This document shows positions 1 to 10,955 of a DNA stretch of 64,000 nt, piece by piece. The position numbers and the translations under genes were made by a program. Below the pieces are notes generated by a model. The model made no database searches. It saw only the letters and a program-made list of their open reading frames with translations, and was not told where the DNA came from. This DNA is from Chiloscyllium plagiosum (taxonomy: Eukaryota): contig NC_057718.1 in the NCBI RefSeq assembly GCF_004010195.1, forward strand, positions 2,490,996 through 2,554,995, given 5' to 3'. Within the stretch, counting starts at the first letter, position 1. The number at the start of each line of letters is the position of its first letter.

Positions 1-152
1 GGGGGGGGGGGTGCGGGTGAACGGGGCCATGTGATCACCACCCGGGGACAGAGCAGACCCAAGCCCCAGAGTTTGGCGGGCGGGGGGGGGGGGGACCCAT
101 GGCCGATCTCCCCCAGTACCCCGCCCCGCCAGCGCTGCCCCCTATCGCCCAC

Positions 153-224
153 CTCATCATCCAGGAAGTCCAGGTATTGTCTCTGAGCTTCCCTCAGGTT
201 CGGATCCTCCGCCACCGCCGCCAT
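153..224 (-). CDS. MCM3: DNA replication licensing factor MCM3, coding exon 1 (gene continues beyond the left edge)
   Basis: The reverse strand reads MAAVAEDPNLREAQRQYLDFLDDE followed by a GT donor (GAG|GTGGGC), phase 0. This matches the vertebrate MCM3 N-terminus (LREAQRDYLDFLDDE). It lies in a CpG island, and MCM3 neighbours PAQR8 in human. Confidence 0.93.
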
Positions 225-332
225 TTCCACCGCTGCAGCTTTCCCGCCAAAGCCAGTCACGTGGGACCGACTTACGCGCGAAAAACCCGCGACCAATCAG
301 AGAACTCGGCCTCCGTCACATAGACGCTTCTG

Positions 333-500
333 GCCCGCCCCCTGAACACTATCCCCGCCCCCTGAACACCGTCCCCGCCCCCTGAACACCGTCCCCGCCC
401 CCTGGACTCTGCCCCGCCCCTGAACACGTCTCCGCCCCTGACCATGGTCCCCGCCCCCTGGAGACAGGCCCTGTCTCATGGAGACCGGCCCCGCCCCTGA
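333..500. repeat. ~21-bp tandem repeat of GC boxes (CCCCGCCCCCTGAACACCGT-like)
   Basis: About 7 degenerate units are visible directly. Confidence 0.8.
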
Positions 501-839
501 AGGGCTCGCTCTTCCCCATCGTCACTGACCCCACCCCCTTGGCACTGGCCCCGCCCCGAGATCAGGCCCCGCCCATTTAAAGGGACCAACCCGGGGATGG
601 AGGAGGGCTCTCTTTAATATCATAATGAATGGATACTGGAAATCTGAAATAAAGTCAGAGCAAAAGGGTTGTAAAAGTCAGGGATTTTAGTTTTCTGAAC
701 ATAGCCTGGTTCTGCCATAGTGAGTAAGGGCTTGGATGGTGAGGAATTTGTTAAGGGCTTCCAGTCAAATTAGTGACCGAGTCCAGGAGTCTGGAGATCC
801 AGACACCTTTCCTTTTTTGTTCTTCTTTATTTGCTTTTC

Positions 840-1050
840 CCAAGAAAATGAATTTTCCCCAGGTTAGGGAAGTTGAGAAGTAGAGGGCACAGTGAGGGGC
901 AACGTATTCACGCAGAGGGTGGTACGTGTATGGAATGAGCTGCCAGAGGAGTTGGTGGAGGCTGGTACAATTGCAACATTTAAGAGGCACCTGGATGGGT
1001 ATATGAACAGGAATGGTTTAGTGAGATTTGGGCTAAATGCAGGAAAGAGA
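840..1050 (+). mobile_element. CR1-like LINE 3' fragment
   Basis: Contains the CR1 ORF2 end (CAGAGGGTGGTACGTGTATGGAATGAGCTGCCAGAGGAG), similar to 16420-16520. Confidence 0.75.
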
Positions 1051-1054
1051 TTGA

Positions 1055-1670
1055 GTGCTTAGTGGCATGGTGTAAAGACACCAATCTCTGCATCAACATC
1101 AGCAAAATGAAGAAGCTGGTCATTGACTTCAGGAAGCAGAGTGGAGGATATGTTTCTGTCTGCATCAATAGTACTGAGGTGGAGATGGCCGAGACCATGA
1201 TGTTTCTGGGAGTGATAATCACCAACAATCTGTCCTGGTCCACCCACATGGATGCTACTGTCAAAGAAATTTGGCATGACCACAAAGCTCTTACTAATTT
1301 TTATAGATGCACCATAGAAAGCATTCTATCCAGATGCTTCACAGCTTGGTATGGCAATTGCTCTGCCTAAGACCACCAGAAATTACAGAGAATTGTGAAT
1401 ACAGCTCAGTCCATCGTGCAAACCAGTCTTCCCATCCATTGCCTCCACCTCCACTTCCCATTGCCACAGGAAAGCAACAAACATTATCAAAGATCCCTCC
1501 CACCGCAGTTCTACTCTCTTCTAGCCTCTTCCATCGGGTAGAAGACAAACACATACAAACAGATTCAAGAACAGCCTTTTCTCCCCTGTTATTAAATGTT
1601 TGAATGGTCATTTCAAATGTTAATGTTGATCTCTCCCTGTGTAGCTGTAACACTGCAGTCTGAACCCTGT
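1055..1670 (+). mobile_element. Rex1/Babar-like LINE, RT C-terminal fragment
   Basis: WCKDTNLCINISKMKKLVIDFRK and LTNFYRCTIESILSRCFTAWYGNCSA motifs, disrupted by stops. Confidence 0.7.
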
Positions 1671-3186
1671 TCTGCTCCTGAAGAATTGCTAGAAGTACTC
1701 GGCAGCTCTGGCAGCATCTGCGGAGAGAGAAAACAGCGATAATGTTTCATGTCCTGTATGACCCTTCTTAAATTCTGATTCAATGGATTCGAAATGCTAA
1801 CCCTGTTTTTCTCAGCTCATTCCATGCACACCCCTCTATGCGAAAAAGTTGCCCCTCAGGCTCTTTTCAAATCTTTCCCCTCTCACCATAAACCTGTGCC
1901 CTCTACTTCTGAACTCCCCTATACTGGGGAAAAGACCTGATGATTTATAAACCTCTGTAAGGCCACCCCTGAGCCTTCGAAGGCTGTGAGGGTCAGTGTG
2001 CTATGAATTAATTGTGCTGTTCATGACAACCCGAATGTGACCTCACCCAGGTATATAATTTCCAGCACACATGTTCAACAGGTGAGTGTTGAGAATAGGC
2101 CGCTGGCTGATTAGTTTTCCCACTTTTCCCTCTTTTGGGGGCTTTCTGTCCTTTATAGTGTTCTCCGTGATTGAACCTTGCTGTTCACTTGCACACTGTG
2201 CACCATCATTGAGAATGCTCAGCCTCCCAAGGGCTTTCATACAGACCAGGCCCTGGCAAAGCTGCTGTCAAGTCACAAGGCTGTGTTTAATTATTCTGTG
2301 TTTGTGTAAAGCTTTCAACTAAAGCCCACGTGATTGTAAACTGTTTTCAGTGGGTTTTGTTTTGCAGGAGGTACCAGCTGATGTTCCTTTGTGATGTGAA
2401 GCAGCCTCTGTGAGGTCAGGCAGTGGAAATGTGCTAATTTGCAGCATTCATCAGCTGGCTCTGTGTTTCTCCCTGATACCCTGGTTATCAATGTACATCA
2501 CTCTGACTTCTGCTGGAACCTGCAGTCTGGTCCCACGTGGATCAAGCCTTGATTTCTCTAACTTTCGGTGAGAGCCCACCGTGTTGGATAAGTGAGTTTT
2601 CACCTCTCTGCAGTCAGTACGGTCAACTCCAGATTGGGCTTGGCCAAGGGACAGCTTCTTCAGTGACCTAGGGATTTTAAAAAAGAACAACTTGTACTTT
2701 TTAATTGTCTGAGATCATGTGAGTCAGACTGTGCCTGTCAGCAATTGTATATGAGAGAGCACTAACAAACAAATGAATGTGTGTTAGAATGGTTTACTGT
2801 GTGTACAAAACAGCTATTTGAATTCCAATGTATATCTGTGTGTATGTGTGTGTGTGAGAGAGAGAGAGAATGTGAGTGTGTTTGTGTGAGAGTATCTGTG
2901 TGTGTCTGTGCGTATATGTGTGTCTGAGAATGAATGTATGTTTGGGTGTCTGTCTGTTTGTCTGTGTGTATAGAGGGGAGAGATGTGGGAATGTGTGGGA
3001 TTTTTAATAGTCTGTCTGCTCTAACAGAATGATAGGGCAGCTTTGATGGGCTGAATGGCCTTCTATGTCCAACAAACACTCCTTAGTCACATGGTCAGTT
3101 GTAGTTATTCACCAAACACAGTGTTCAATCTCCTCCAGTAAACCAGGAGCACAGAGTGTGGAGGACTTACCAGATTGGGAGGACAT

Positions 3187-3680
3187 TTAATTCAATTTGA
3201 TTTATTGTCACATGTACATAGGTACAGTGAAGAGGTTTGTTTTGTGTGCAGTACAGGCAGATTATACCATACAAAATTCATAGGGTGATAGACCAGAGCA
3301 AGGAATACAATGTTATGGCTGCAAAGAAGGTGCACATAAAGCAAAATCAGCATTAGATTAGAAATTTGAGAGGTCCAGTCAGCAATCTAATGACAGTGAG
3401 GAAGAGGCTGTCCTTGAACCTGTTGGTACATATGTTTCAGTTTTTGTATCTTCTGCCTGATGGAAGAGGTTGGAAGAGATTATAACTGGGATGGCAGGGG
3501 TCTTTGATGATGTTGGCTGCCTTTCCGAGGCAGTGAGAAGTGTAGCCAGGGTCAATGGATGGGCGGCTGGTTTGTGTGATGGACTGGCCTGTCTTTACAA
3601 GTCTCTGTAGTTTCTTACAGTCCTGGGCACAGCAGTTGCTGCTGAACTGTGATGCATCTAGACATAGGCGGTCCCTCAGC
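3187..3680 (-). mobile_element. Rex1/Babar-like LINE 3' end
   Basis: The minus-strand ORF KKLQRLVKTGQSIT...IIKDPCHPSYNLFQPLPSGRRY is the same family as 1055-1670. Confidence 0.65.
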
Positions 3681-3984
3681 ATGCACCACTTGATATCTCC
3701 CAAGTTATTCAGGGCTCGACCCAAAACATTGTTTTTGAAAAATATCTAATTTGTACTGGATCAGTGCTGACAACTCTGACTGCCTTCCCCAAGCCTGTTC
3801 CTTGGCTTGGCCACTCTCTATTTATTATTTTCAATGTCCCTGTTGCTCTTGCCCGCCTGTTGCAATTCCTGACTGTGAGTCATGGTTCTCAGTCCCGGAC
3901 ACATTGAGAAAGACTGGGCAGCACCAGCACCAGCTCATGATAGTAAAAATGACTGATTCACACTGTCAGATAAAGTTGCTGTAT

Positions 3985-4180
3985 TTCAGAAACAAAAGCA
4001 GAAATTGCTGGAGAAACCCAGCAGGTCTGGCAGCATTTGTCCAGAACACGTTTGCTCTGAAGAAGGGTCATTCAACTCAAAATGTTAACTCTGTTTCTCT
4101 CTCCACAGATGCTGACAGACCTGCGGAGTTTCTCCAGCAGCTTCTGCTATTGTTTCTGATTTCCAGCATCCACACTTTGT
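3985..4180. mobile_element. Penelope-like terminal repeats in inverted arrangement, with a degenerate hammerhead core
   Basis: GAAATTGCTGGAGAAACCCAGCAGGTCTGGCAGCAT is followed by its reverse complement. CTGAAGAAGGGTCA..CTCAAAATGTT at ~4057 is the decayed core. Confidence 0.6.
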
Positions 4181-4209
4181 TGGCTGTTTGTTAGCTGTGT
4201 GGACAATTA

Positions 4210-4520
4210 GCAGAGAGAGGGAAAGGGAGACAGGGAGAGAGAGAGATGGAGAGAGATGGGGGGGCGGAGAGAGAGAGAGAGAGAGAGACGGAGNNNNNNN
4301 NNNNNNNNNNNNNNNNNNNNNNNNNNNNNNNNNNNNNNNNNNNNNNNNNNNNNNNNNNGGGGGAGAGAGAGAGAAAAGAGAGAGGCAGAGAGACAGAGAG
4401 ATAGAGAGGGGAGAGAGTGAGGGAGTGGGGAGGAGAGAGGGAGTGGGGAGGAGAGAGAGAAGGAGGAAGGGAGAGAGAGGCAGGGAGAGAGGGAGGAAGG
4501 GAGAGGGAGGGAGGGAGAGG
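4210..4520. repeat. GA-rich simple repeat containing assembly gap 4294-4358
   Basis: (GA)n and purine tract with an N run. Confidence 0.9.
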
Positions 4521-4544
4521 GAGTTTAGGACAGTTTTAGACAGT

Positions 4545-5380
4545 TTAACAGAGTGGTCCAGGAAATAGCTCATGAAATTCAATATGAGCAAATGCAAAGT
4601 CTTGCAATTTGGAATATAAAAATACAGGCATGGACTATTTTCCAAACAGTGAGAAAATTCATAAAGCCAAAGTACAAAGTAGAAAGAGTGCTAGTCCAGG
4701 ATTCACTAAAGGTTGACTTGCAGGTTAAGTCTGTGGCTAAGAAAGCAAATGTAATGTTGTCATTTATCTCAAGAGAGTTGGAATATAAAGGCAGTGATGT
4801 GCTACTGAGACTTTAAAACTCTAGTTAGGCCCCATTTAGAATACTATGTCCAATTTTGGGCCCCAGACCTCAGGAAGGACATACTGGCACTGGAGAGTGT
4901 CCAGCGGAGATTCACACGGATGATCCCTGGAATGGTAGGCCTAACATACGAAGAATGGCTGAAGATCCTGGGATTGTATTCGTTAGAGTTTAGAAGGTTG
5001 AGGGGAGATCTAATAGAAACTTATAAGATAATGCATGGCTTAGAAAGGGTGGATACTGGGAATTTGTTTCCGTTAGGTGGGGATAGTCGGACCCATGGGC
5101 ACAGCCTTAGAATTAGAGGGGGTCAATTTAGAACGGAAATCAGGAAATATTTTTTCAGCCAGACAGCGGGGTGCCTGTGGAATTCATTGCCACGGAGTGC
5201 AGTGGAGGCTAGGATGTAAAATGTCTTCAAGGCAGAGATTGATAAATTCTTGATCTCACAAGGAATTAAGGGATATGGGGAGAGTGCAGGTAATTGAATT
5301 GTCCATCAGCCATAATTGAATGGTAGAGTGGACTTGATGGGCTGAATGGCCTTATTTCCACTCCTATGTCTTATGGTCTT
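4545..5380 (+). mobile_element. CR1-like LINE (RT C-terminus and 3' UTR)
   Basis: Motifs KKANVMLSFISR, LVRPHLEYYVQFW, RRLRGDLIETYKIM and FFSQ..WNSLP, with stops, ending in a (CTTATG)-type tail. Confidence 0.85.
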
Positions 5381-5421
5381 ATGGGAGAGGGGGAGAGAGG
5401 GCGCAGAGAGAGAGTGAGAGA

Positions 5422-6126
5422 NNNNNNNNNNNNNNNNNNNNNNNNNNNNNNNNNNNNNNNNNNNNNNNNNNNNNNNNNNNNNNNNNNNNNNNNNNNNNNN
5501 NNNNNNNNNNNNNNNNNNNNNNNNNNNNNNNNNNNNNNNNNNNNNNNNNNNNNNNNNNNNNNNNNNNNNNNNNNNNNNNNNNNNNNNNNNNNNNNNNNNN
5601 NNNNNNNNNNNNNNNNNNNNNNNNNNNNNNNNNNNNNNNNNNNNNNNNNNNNNNNNNNNNNNNNNNNNNNNNNNNNNNNNNNNNNNNNNNNNNNNNNNNN
5701 NNNNNNNNNNNNNNNNNNNNNNNNNNNNNNNNNNNNNNNNNNNNNNNNNNNNNNNNNNNNNNNNNNNNNNNNNNNNNNNNNNNNNNNNNNNNNNNNNNNN
5801 NNNNNNNNNNNNNNNNNNNNNNNNNNNNNNNNNNNNNNNNNNNNNNNNNNNNNNNNNNNNNNNNNNNNNNNNNNNNNNNNNNNNNNNNNNNNNNNNNNNN
5901 NNNNNNNNNNNNNNNNNNNNNNNNNNNNNNNNNNNNNNNNNNNNNNNNNNNNNNNNNNNNNNNNNNNNNNNNNNNNNNNNNNNNNNNNNNNNNNNNNNNN
6001 NNNNNNNNNNNNNNNNNNNNNNNNNNNNNNNNNNNNNNNNNNNNNNNNNNNNNNNNNNNNNNNNNNNNNNNNNNNNNNNNNNNNNNNNNNNNNNNNNNNN
6101 NNNNNNNNNNNNNNNNNNNNNNNNNN
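5422..6126. other. Assembly gap flanked by GA-rich repeats
   Basis: Run of N. Confidence 1.
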
Positions 6127-6889
6127 AAGGAAGTAGGGAGAAAAGGAAGGAGGGAGAGAGGAAGTGAGAGAGGCAGGAGGAGAGAGGGGAGAAGAGAGAG
6201 TTTGGGAAGCAGAAAGAGAGAGAGGGAAAAGAGGGACAGTGCGAATAATGGGGGAGAGATAGATAGAGAGAGGGAGAGAAGAGACGGAAAAATAATATGC
6301 TGTTTACTCTCAGATGAAATGGGGAGGGGTTAGTAAGAGTGAGTGGGAAGTGCCCAGTGCTGACACAAAGACATTCAGTGTGTTTGTTGTCACTGGGAGT
6401 TTGACTGAGGCTGGGCTGTCACCTGCGCAATCGCAGTGCAGTTAGCAGGGCAGTGATCACACATTACAGCACTCCAGGGAGATCAGTACTTCATCGCCAG
6501 CGTGGAAACCCTTTCCTCCAGAAAATGCCTGCTTCACAGAAAACCGCTTGGTCTCCAGCAGTTTGGTATTACATTTCACTATCTCTCCTCCACACTGAGT
6601 TATTTGGCATTGACCCGTTTTCTGATTGCTTTCTGTTCTGATCACTCCCAGTCTGCACCGGGTTTGGGAGTCTTGTTCAAAACCTCTTTTTGCTGTTGTT
6701 TATCTTTTCATTATTGCCAGTATAGTTCTTTTTACTTCACAGAGATTCCAGTTTCTCCGGGAGAGAAACTTGGATTGAAGATCCAGGGAGATATAGACAG
6801 AGCAGTGCACATTTCCTGAGTGCACCCTGGAAATGATAGGGTCAGTAACACTGGGAGGAGTGGGGATCAGTCCCTTTCACTCTGTTTGG

Positions 6890-7890
6890 TTCTGTGAGTC
6901 AGGGTCTGTCTGGGTCAGTGAGACAGGGTCTGTCAGTGTGTGTAAGTCAGGGTCTGTCTGGGTCAGTGAGACAGGGTGTGTCAGTGTGTGTGAGACAGGG
7001 TCTGTCTGGGTCAGTGAGACAGGATCTATCAGTGTGTGTGAGGCAGAGTCTGTCTGGGTCTGTGAGTCAGGGTCTGTCGTGTGTGAGTCAGGGTCTGTCT
7101 GGGTCAGTGAGACAGGGTCTGTCAGTGTGTGTGAGACAGGATCTGTCAGTGTGTGTGAGACAGGGTCTGTCAGTGTGTGTGAGAGACAGGGTCTGTCTGG
7201 GTCAGTGAGACAGGGTCTGTCAGTGTGTGTGAGACAGGGTCTGTCTGGGTCCGTGAGACAGGGTCTGTCAGTGTGTGTGAGTCAGGGTCTGTCAGTGTGT
7301 GTGAGTCAGGGTCTGTCTGGGTTAGTGACACAGGGTCTGTCAGTGTATGTGAGACAGGGTGTGTCTTAGTCAGTGAGACAGGGTCTGTCAGTGTGTGTGA
7401 GACAGGGTCTGTCTGGGTCAGTGAGACAGGGTCTGTCAGTGTGTGGAGACAGGATCTGTCTGGGTTAGTGAGACAGTCTGTGGGTTAGTGAGACAGGATC
7501 TGTCTGGGTCAGTGAGACAGGGTCTGTCAGTGTGTGTGAGACAGGATCTATCTGGGTTAGTGAGCCAGTCTGTGGGTTAGTGAGACAGGGTCTGTCTGGG
7601 TTAGCGAGACAGGGTCTGACAGTGTATGTGAGACAGGGTCTATCTGTGTTAGTGAGACTGTCTGGGTCAGTGAGACAGAGTCTGTCTGGGTTAGTGAATT
7701 AGAATATGTCTGGGTCAGTGAGACAGGGTCTGTCAGTGTGTGTGAGACAGGGTCTGTCTGGGTCAGTGAGACAGGGTCTGTCAGTGTATGTATAGTAGGA
7801 TCTGTCAGTGTATGTGTGCCCGGGTCTGGCAGTGTATGTATAGTAGGGTCTGTCAGTGTACGTGTGACAAGACCTGTCAGTGTATGTGAT
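6890..7890. repeat. Minisatellite (GTCAGTGAGACAGGGTCTGTCAGTGTGTGTGAGACAGGGTCTGTCTGG-type, alternating ~24-bp subunits)
   Basis: Direct tandem repetition. It produces the spurious SETGSVSVC repeat ORFs. Confidence 0.95.
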
Positions 7891-8110
7891 TCCCAAACAG
7901 TTTCTTATGGGGATGGATATCAGGAATCGTTTTGTTTGCTTTTTCCAAATGTTGCTCACTGGGACATTTGTCATTGATGTGGTCTGTTGCTATTTTCGTA
8001 TCTGACTCCGTTTAATTATCACAAAGTGAACGTTTTCTCTTTTCTGTGCTGTGCCTAGCTTCTGGAGTTCGGAATGGAAGAAGATAATGTGCGTTTCCAG
8101 CTCTGTGGGT

Positions 8111-8616
8111 CCTCGGGTGACTGTCTGTGTGGAGTTTGCACATTCTCCCTGTGTCTGTGTGGGTTTCCTCCACGTGCTCTGGTTTCCTCCCACAGTCCAA
8201 AGATGTGCATGTTAGGTGAATTGGCCATGCTAAATTCCCCATAATTGTTCAGGGATGTATATGTTAGGTGCATTAGTCAGGGGAAATGTAGAGTAATAGG
8301 AGAATGGGAATGGGTCTGAGTGGGGTACCCTTCAGAAGGTCAGTGTGGACTTGTTGAGCCAAATGTTGAGAGTGTAGTGTTGGAAAAGCACAGCAGGTCA
8401 GGCAGCATCCAAGGAGCAGGGGAGTCGACGTTTCAGGCAAAAGCCCTTCTTAGTTTCCTGATGAAGGGCTTTTGTCCAAAGTGGTGATTCTGCTGCTCCT
8501 TGGATCCGGTCTGACTTGCTGTGCTTTTCCACTCTTGACTCTAATCTCCAGCATCTGCAGTCCTCACTTTTGCTTTGTTGGGCCAAATGACTTATTTCCA
8601 CACCGTAGGGATTCTG
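8111..8616 (+). mobile_element. HE1-type V-SINE, 5'-truncated, interrupted by a Penelope-derived insertion
   Basis: V-domain TGTGTGGAGTTTGCACATTCTCCC...GGTTTCCTCCCACAGTCCAAAGATGTGCA. The tail resumes at ~8590. Confidence 0.85.
8366..8574. mobile_element. Palindromic Penelope-like LTR insertion with 15-bp TSD
   Basis: Two inverted copies of the GGAAAAGCACAGCAGGTCAGGCAGCATCC repeat, flanked by TTGTTG(A/G)GCCAAATG at 8351-8365 and 8575-8589. Confidence 0.8.
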
Positions 8617-9143
8617 TAAAGAAAATGTGGGATTCCAGCTCTGTGCCTGAAAACATGGATCCAACATGTTCGAACCAAAACAACTGCAACAGGTTGATGT
8701 TCTGTACAATGGTTGGTCAGTTAAAACCAGAACATCAGAGATTTCATACATTCTGCTTCAGAAACCTCCTGCGTGATCTGGTGTTCCAAATTTAAATCCA
8801 CTGGATTTACTCTGGGAGCTGGTGTTCATAATTTCAGCTCACTGGATTAACTCTGAGAGAGGAGGACTCTGTTGAAGTATCTGGGAATTACTGAGTGTGT
8901 CAGGGAAGGAAGTAGTGATAAGGAGGGCAGGTCGGATGTGCAAAGAGGAATAAGTAGAATTTGCAAAAGTCAGTCCAGAAGGAGATACATAAAATATTAC
9001 TGTACTAGATAAAGGATGCTAATATTGATGAGGGAATGGGGATTGCAGTGATAGTCAAAGTCAAGTTGCCTTTCTCATTTGGGAGAGATGATTGATGTTG
9101 GTTTATCCTGAGTGTCACCATGCCTCAGGCAAGGGAAGAGGTT

Positions 9144-9986
9144 CAAAATTTGTGAGAAGATTTGTAGCTCGGGTGCTCGTTGCTGTGGTTCTGTTCGCCG
9201 AGCTGGAAGTTTTTGTTGCAAACGTTTCGTTCCCTGTGTGGGTGACATCCTCAGTGCTTGGGAGCCTCCTGTGCAGCGCTTCTGTGGTGTTTCCTCCGGC
9301 ATTTATAGTGGCCTGTCCCTGCCGCTTCCGGTTGTCAGTTTCAGCTGTCCGCTGTAGTGGCCGGTATATTGGGTCCAGGTCGATGTGTTTGTTGATGGAG
9401 ATTGTGGATGGCACTCTATAAATGCCGGAGGAAACACCACAGAAGCCCTTCACAGGAGGCTCCCAAGCACTGAGAATGTCACCTAGACAGGGGACGAAAC
9501 GTTTGCAACAAAAACATCCAGCTCGGCGAACAGAACCACAGCAACAACACATTTATGACCAAAACAAAGTTACTCAAATTATGAAGGAATGAGGAATGAC
9601 GAGAGGATATTGCAAATATATACATTGATATTTTCCTTTGAAAAATACTGAGATACGCACAACACACACGCATACACACGCACGCGCGCACACACACGCA
9701 CAAACACACACGTATTGTCGATAATAAACTGAAAAGCAAAAGATCTGCAATGTGGCACTCATCCACAAACTCCATCAACAAACACATCGACCTGGACCCA
9801 ATATACCGGCCACTACAGCGGACAGCTGAAACTGACAACCGGAAGCGGCAGGGACAGGCCACTATAAATGTCGGAGGAAACACCACTGAAGCGCTGCACA
9901 GGAGTCTCCCAAGCACTGAGGATGTCACCTAGACAGGGGACGAAACGTTTGCAACAAAAACTTCCAGCTCGGCGAACAGAACCATA
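9144..9986. mobile_element. Penelope-like element (second family), rearranged and inverted terminal copies
   Basis: Three related segments (9172-9412 minus; 9416-9548 and 9752-9986 plus) encode the GIY-YIG C-terminal motif WHSSTNSINKHIDLDPIYRPL. They are flanked by the direct repeat GCAAGGGAAGAGGTT at 9129-9143 and 9987-10001. Confidence 0.75.
9916..9949 (+). ncRNA. Minimal hammerhead ribozyme motif
   Basis: CTGAGGA-T-[GTC a CCT agac AGG g GAC stem II]-GAAAC-GTT. Related copies lie at ~9218-9253 (minus) and ~9470-9503 (core mutated). Confidence 0.6.
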
Positions 9987-10239
9987 GCAAGGGAAGAGGT
10001 TATGAAGGAGAGTCCAGGTATGGGAATTGAACCCACGCTGTAGGTATCACCATGCTTCACAACCCACTCATCCAGCTAACGTAGGTTTTGCTCTGACAGT
10101 AGTGAGGAAGGTTTGACTAATGTCCAGGAAATAGAGATTGGAGCTAACTGGGTCAGTCTCAAGCTGTAAAGAGTGGAAAGCTTCCTGTATGTATCAGTGC
10201 TGGGGGCCTTCACAATCTGCAATCTCCACCCAACATGGC

Positions 10240-10955
10240 TAGGGCTTATACAATTAATGGCAGGGCCTTGGCTAGTGTTGAAGAACAGAGGGACCTAGGA
10301 ATTCAGGTACATAATTCTTTGAAATTTGTGTCACATACAGACAGGATGGTTAAAAAGTTGTTTAGCATGCTTGCCTTCATTGCTCAGTCCTTTTAATGTA
10401 GGTGTTGGAATGTCATGTTGAAGTTGTATTGCTGAGGCCTTTTCTGGAATACTGTGTCCAGTCCTGGTCTCCCAGTTATAGGAAGGATATTATTAAAGTG
10501 GAGAGGGTTCAGAAGAGATTTGCCAGGATGTTGCTGTGTATGGAAAGTTTGAGTTATAAAGAAAGGCTGCAAAGGCTAGGACGTTTTTCACTGCAGTGTA
10601 GGAGGTTGGGGGGTTACTTTCTAGAGGTTTATAAAATAGTGAGGGGTATAGATAGAATTAATGGTACTTGTCTTTTCTCTCAGATAAGGGATTTCAAGAG
10701 TACAGGGCATATTTTAAAGGTATGGGGAAAGGTTTAAAAAATAAATCAGGGGCCAGTTCATGCGTGGAATGAACTTCCTGAGGAATTGGTGGATATGGGT
10801 AGTTACAATATTAAAAAGACATTTGGATAAGCACATGAATAGAAAATGTTTGGAGGAATATAGATCAGAAGGGACTAGTTTAGTTTAGGATTATGTTCAG
10901 CATGGACTGTTTGGACCAAAAGGTCTGTTTCCATGTTGTATGATTCTTATGACTT
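10240..10955 (+). mobile_element. CR1-like LINE 3' part
   Basis: RPFLEYCVQSWSPSYRKDIIKVERVQKRF motif and CR1 3' tail. Confidence 0.85.

Larger units (their letters stand above)
1..600. promoter_or_regulatory. CpG-island promoter of MCM3 with E2F, E-box, CCAAT and GC-box motifs
   Basis: TTTCCCGCCAAA at 240-251 (overlapping E2F site), CACGTG at 258-263, GCGCGAAA at 276-283, CCAAT at 293-297, TTTGGCGG at ~72-79, and many CCCCGCCCC boxes at 333-575. MCM genes are established E2F targets. Confidence 0.85.

Noticed and set aside
99-323. 74-aa plus-strand ORF in the CpG island
   Set aside because: It is antisense to MCM3 exon 1 and has no recognisable protein features.
5366-6136. 256-aa ORF
   Set aside because: It is an artefact of translating an N gap.
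6833-7977. Repetitive ORFs, and a CRISPR-like appearance of the arrays here and at 23995 and 49165
   Set aside because: These are simple tandem minisatellites with no unique spacers and no cas genes, in vertebrate DNA.
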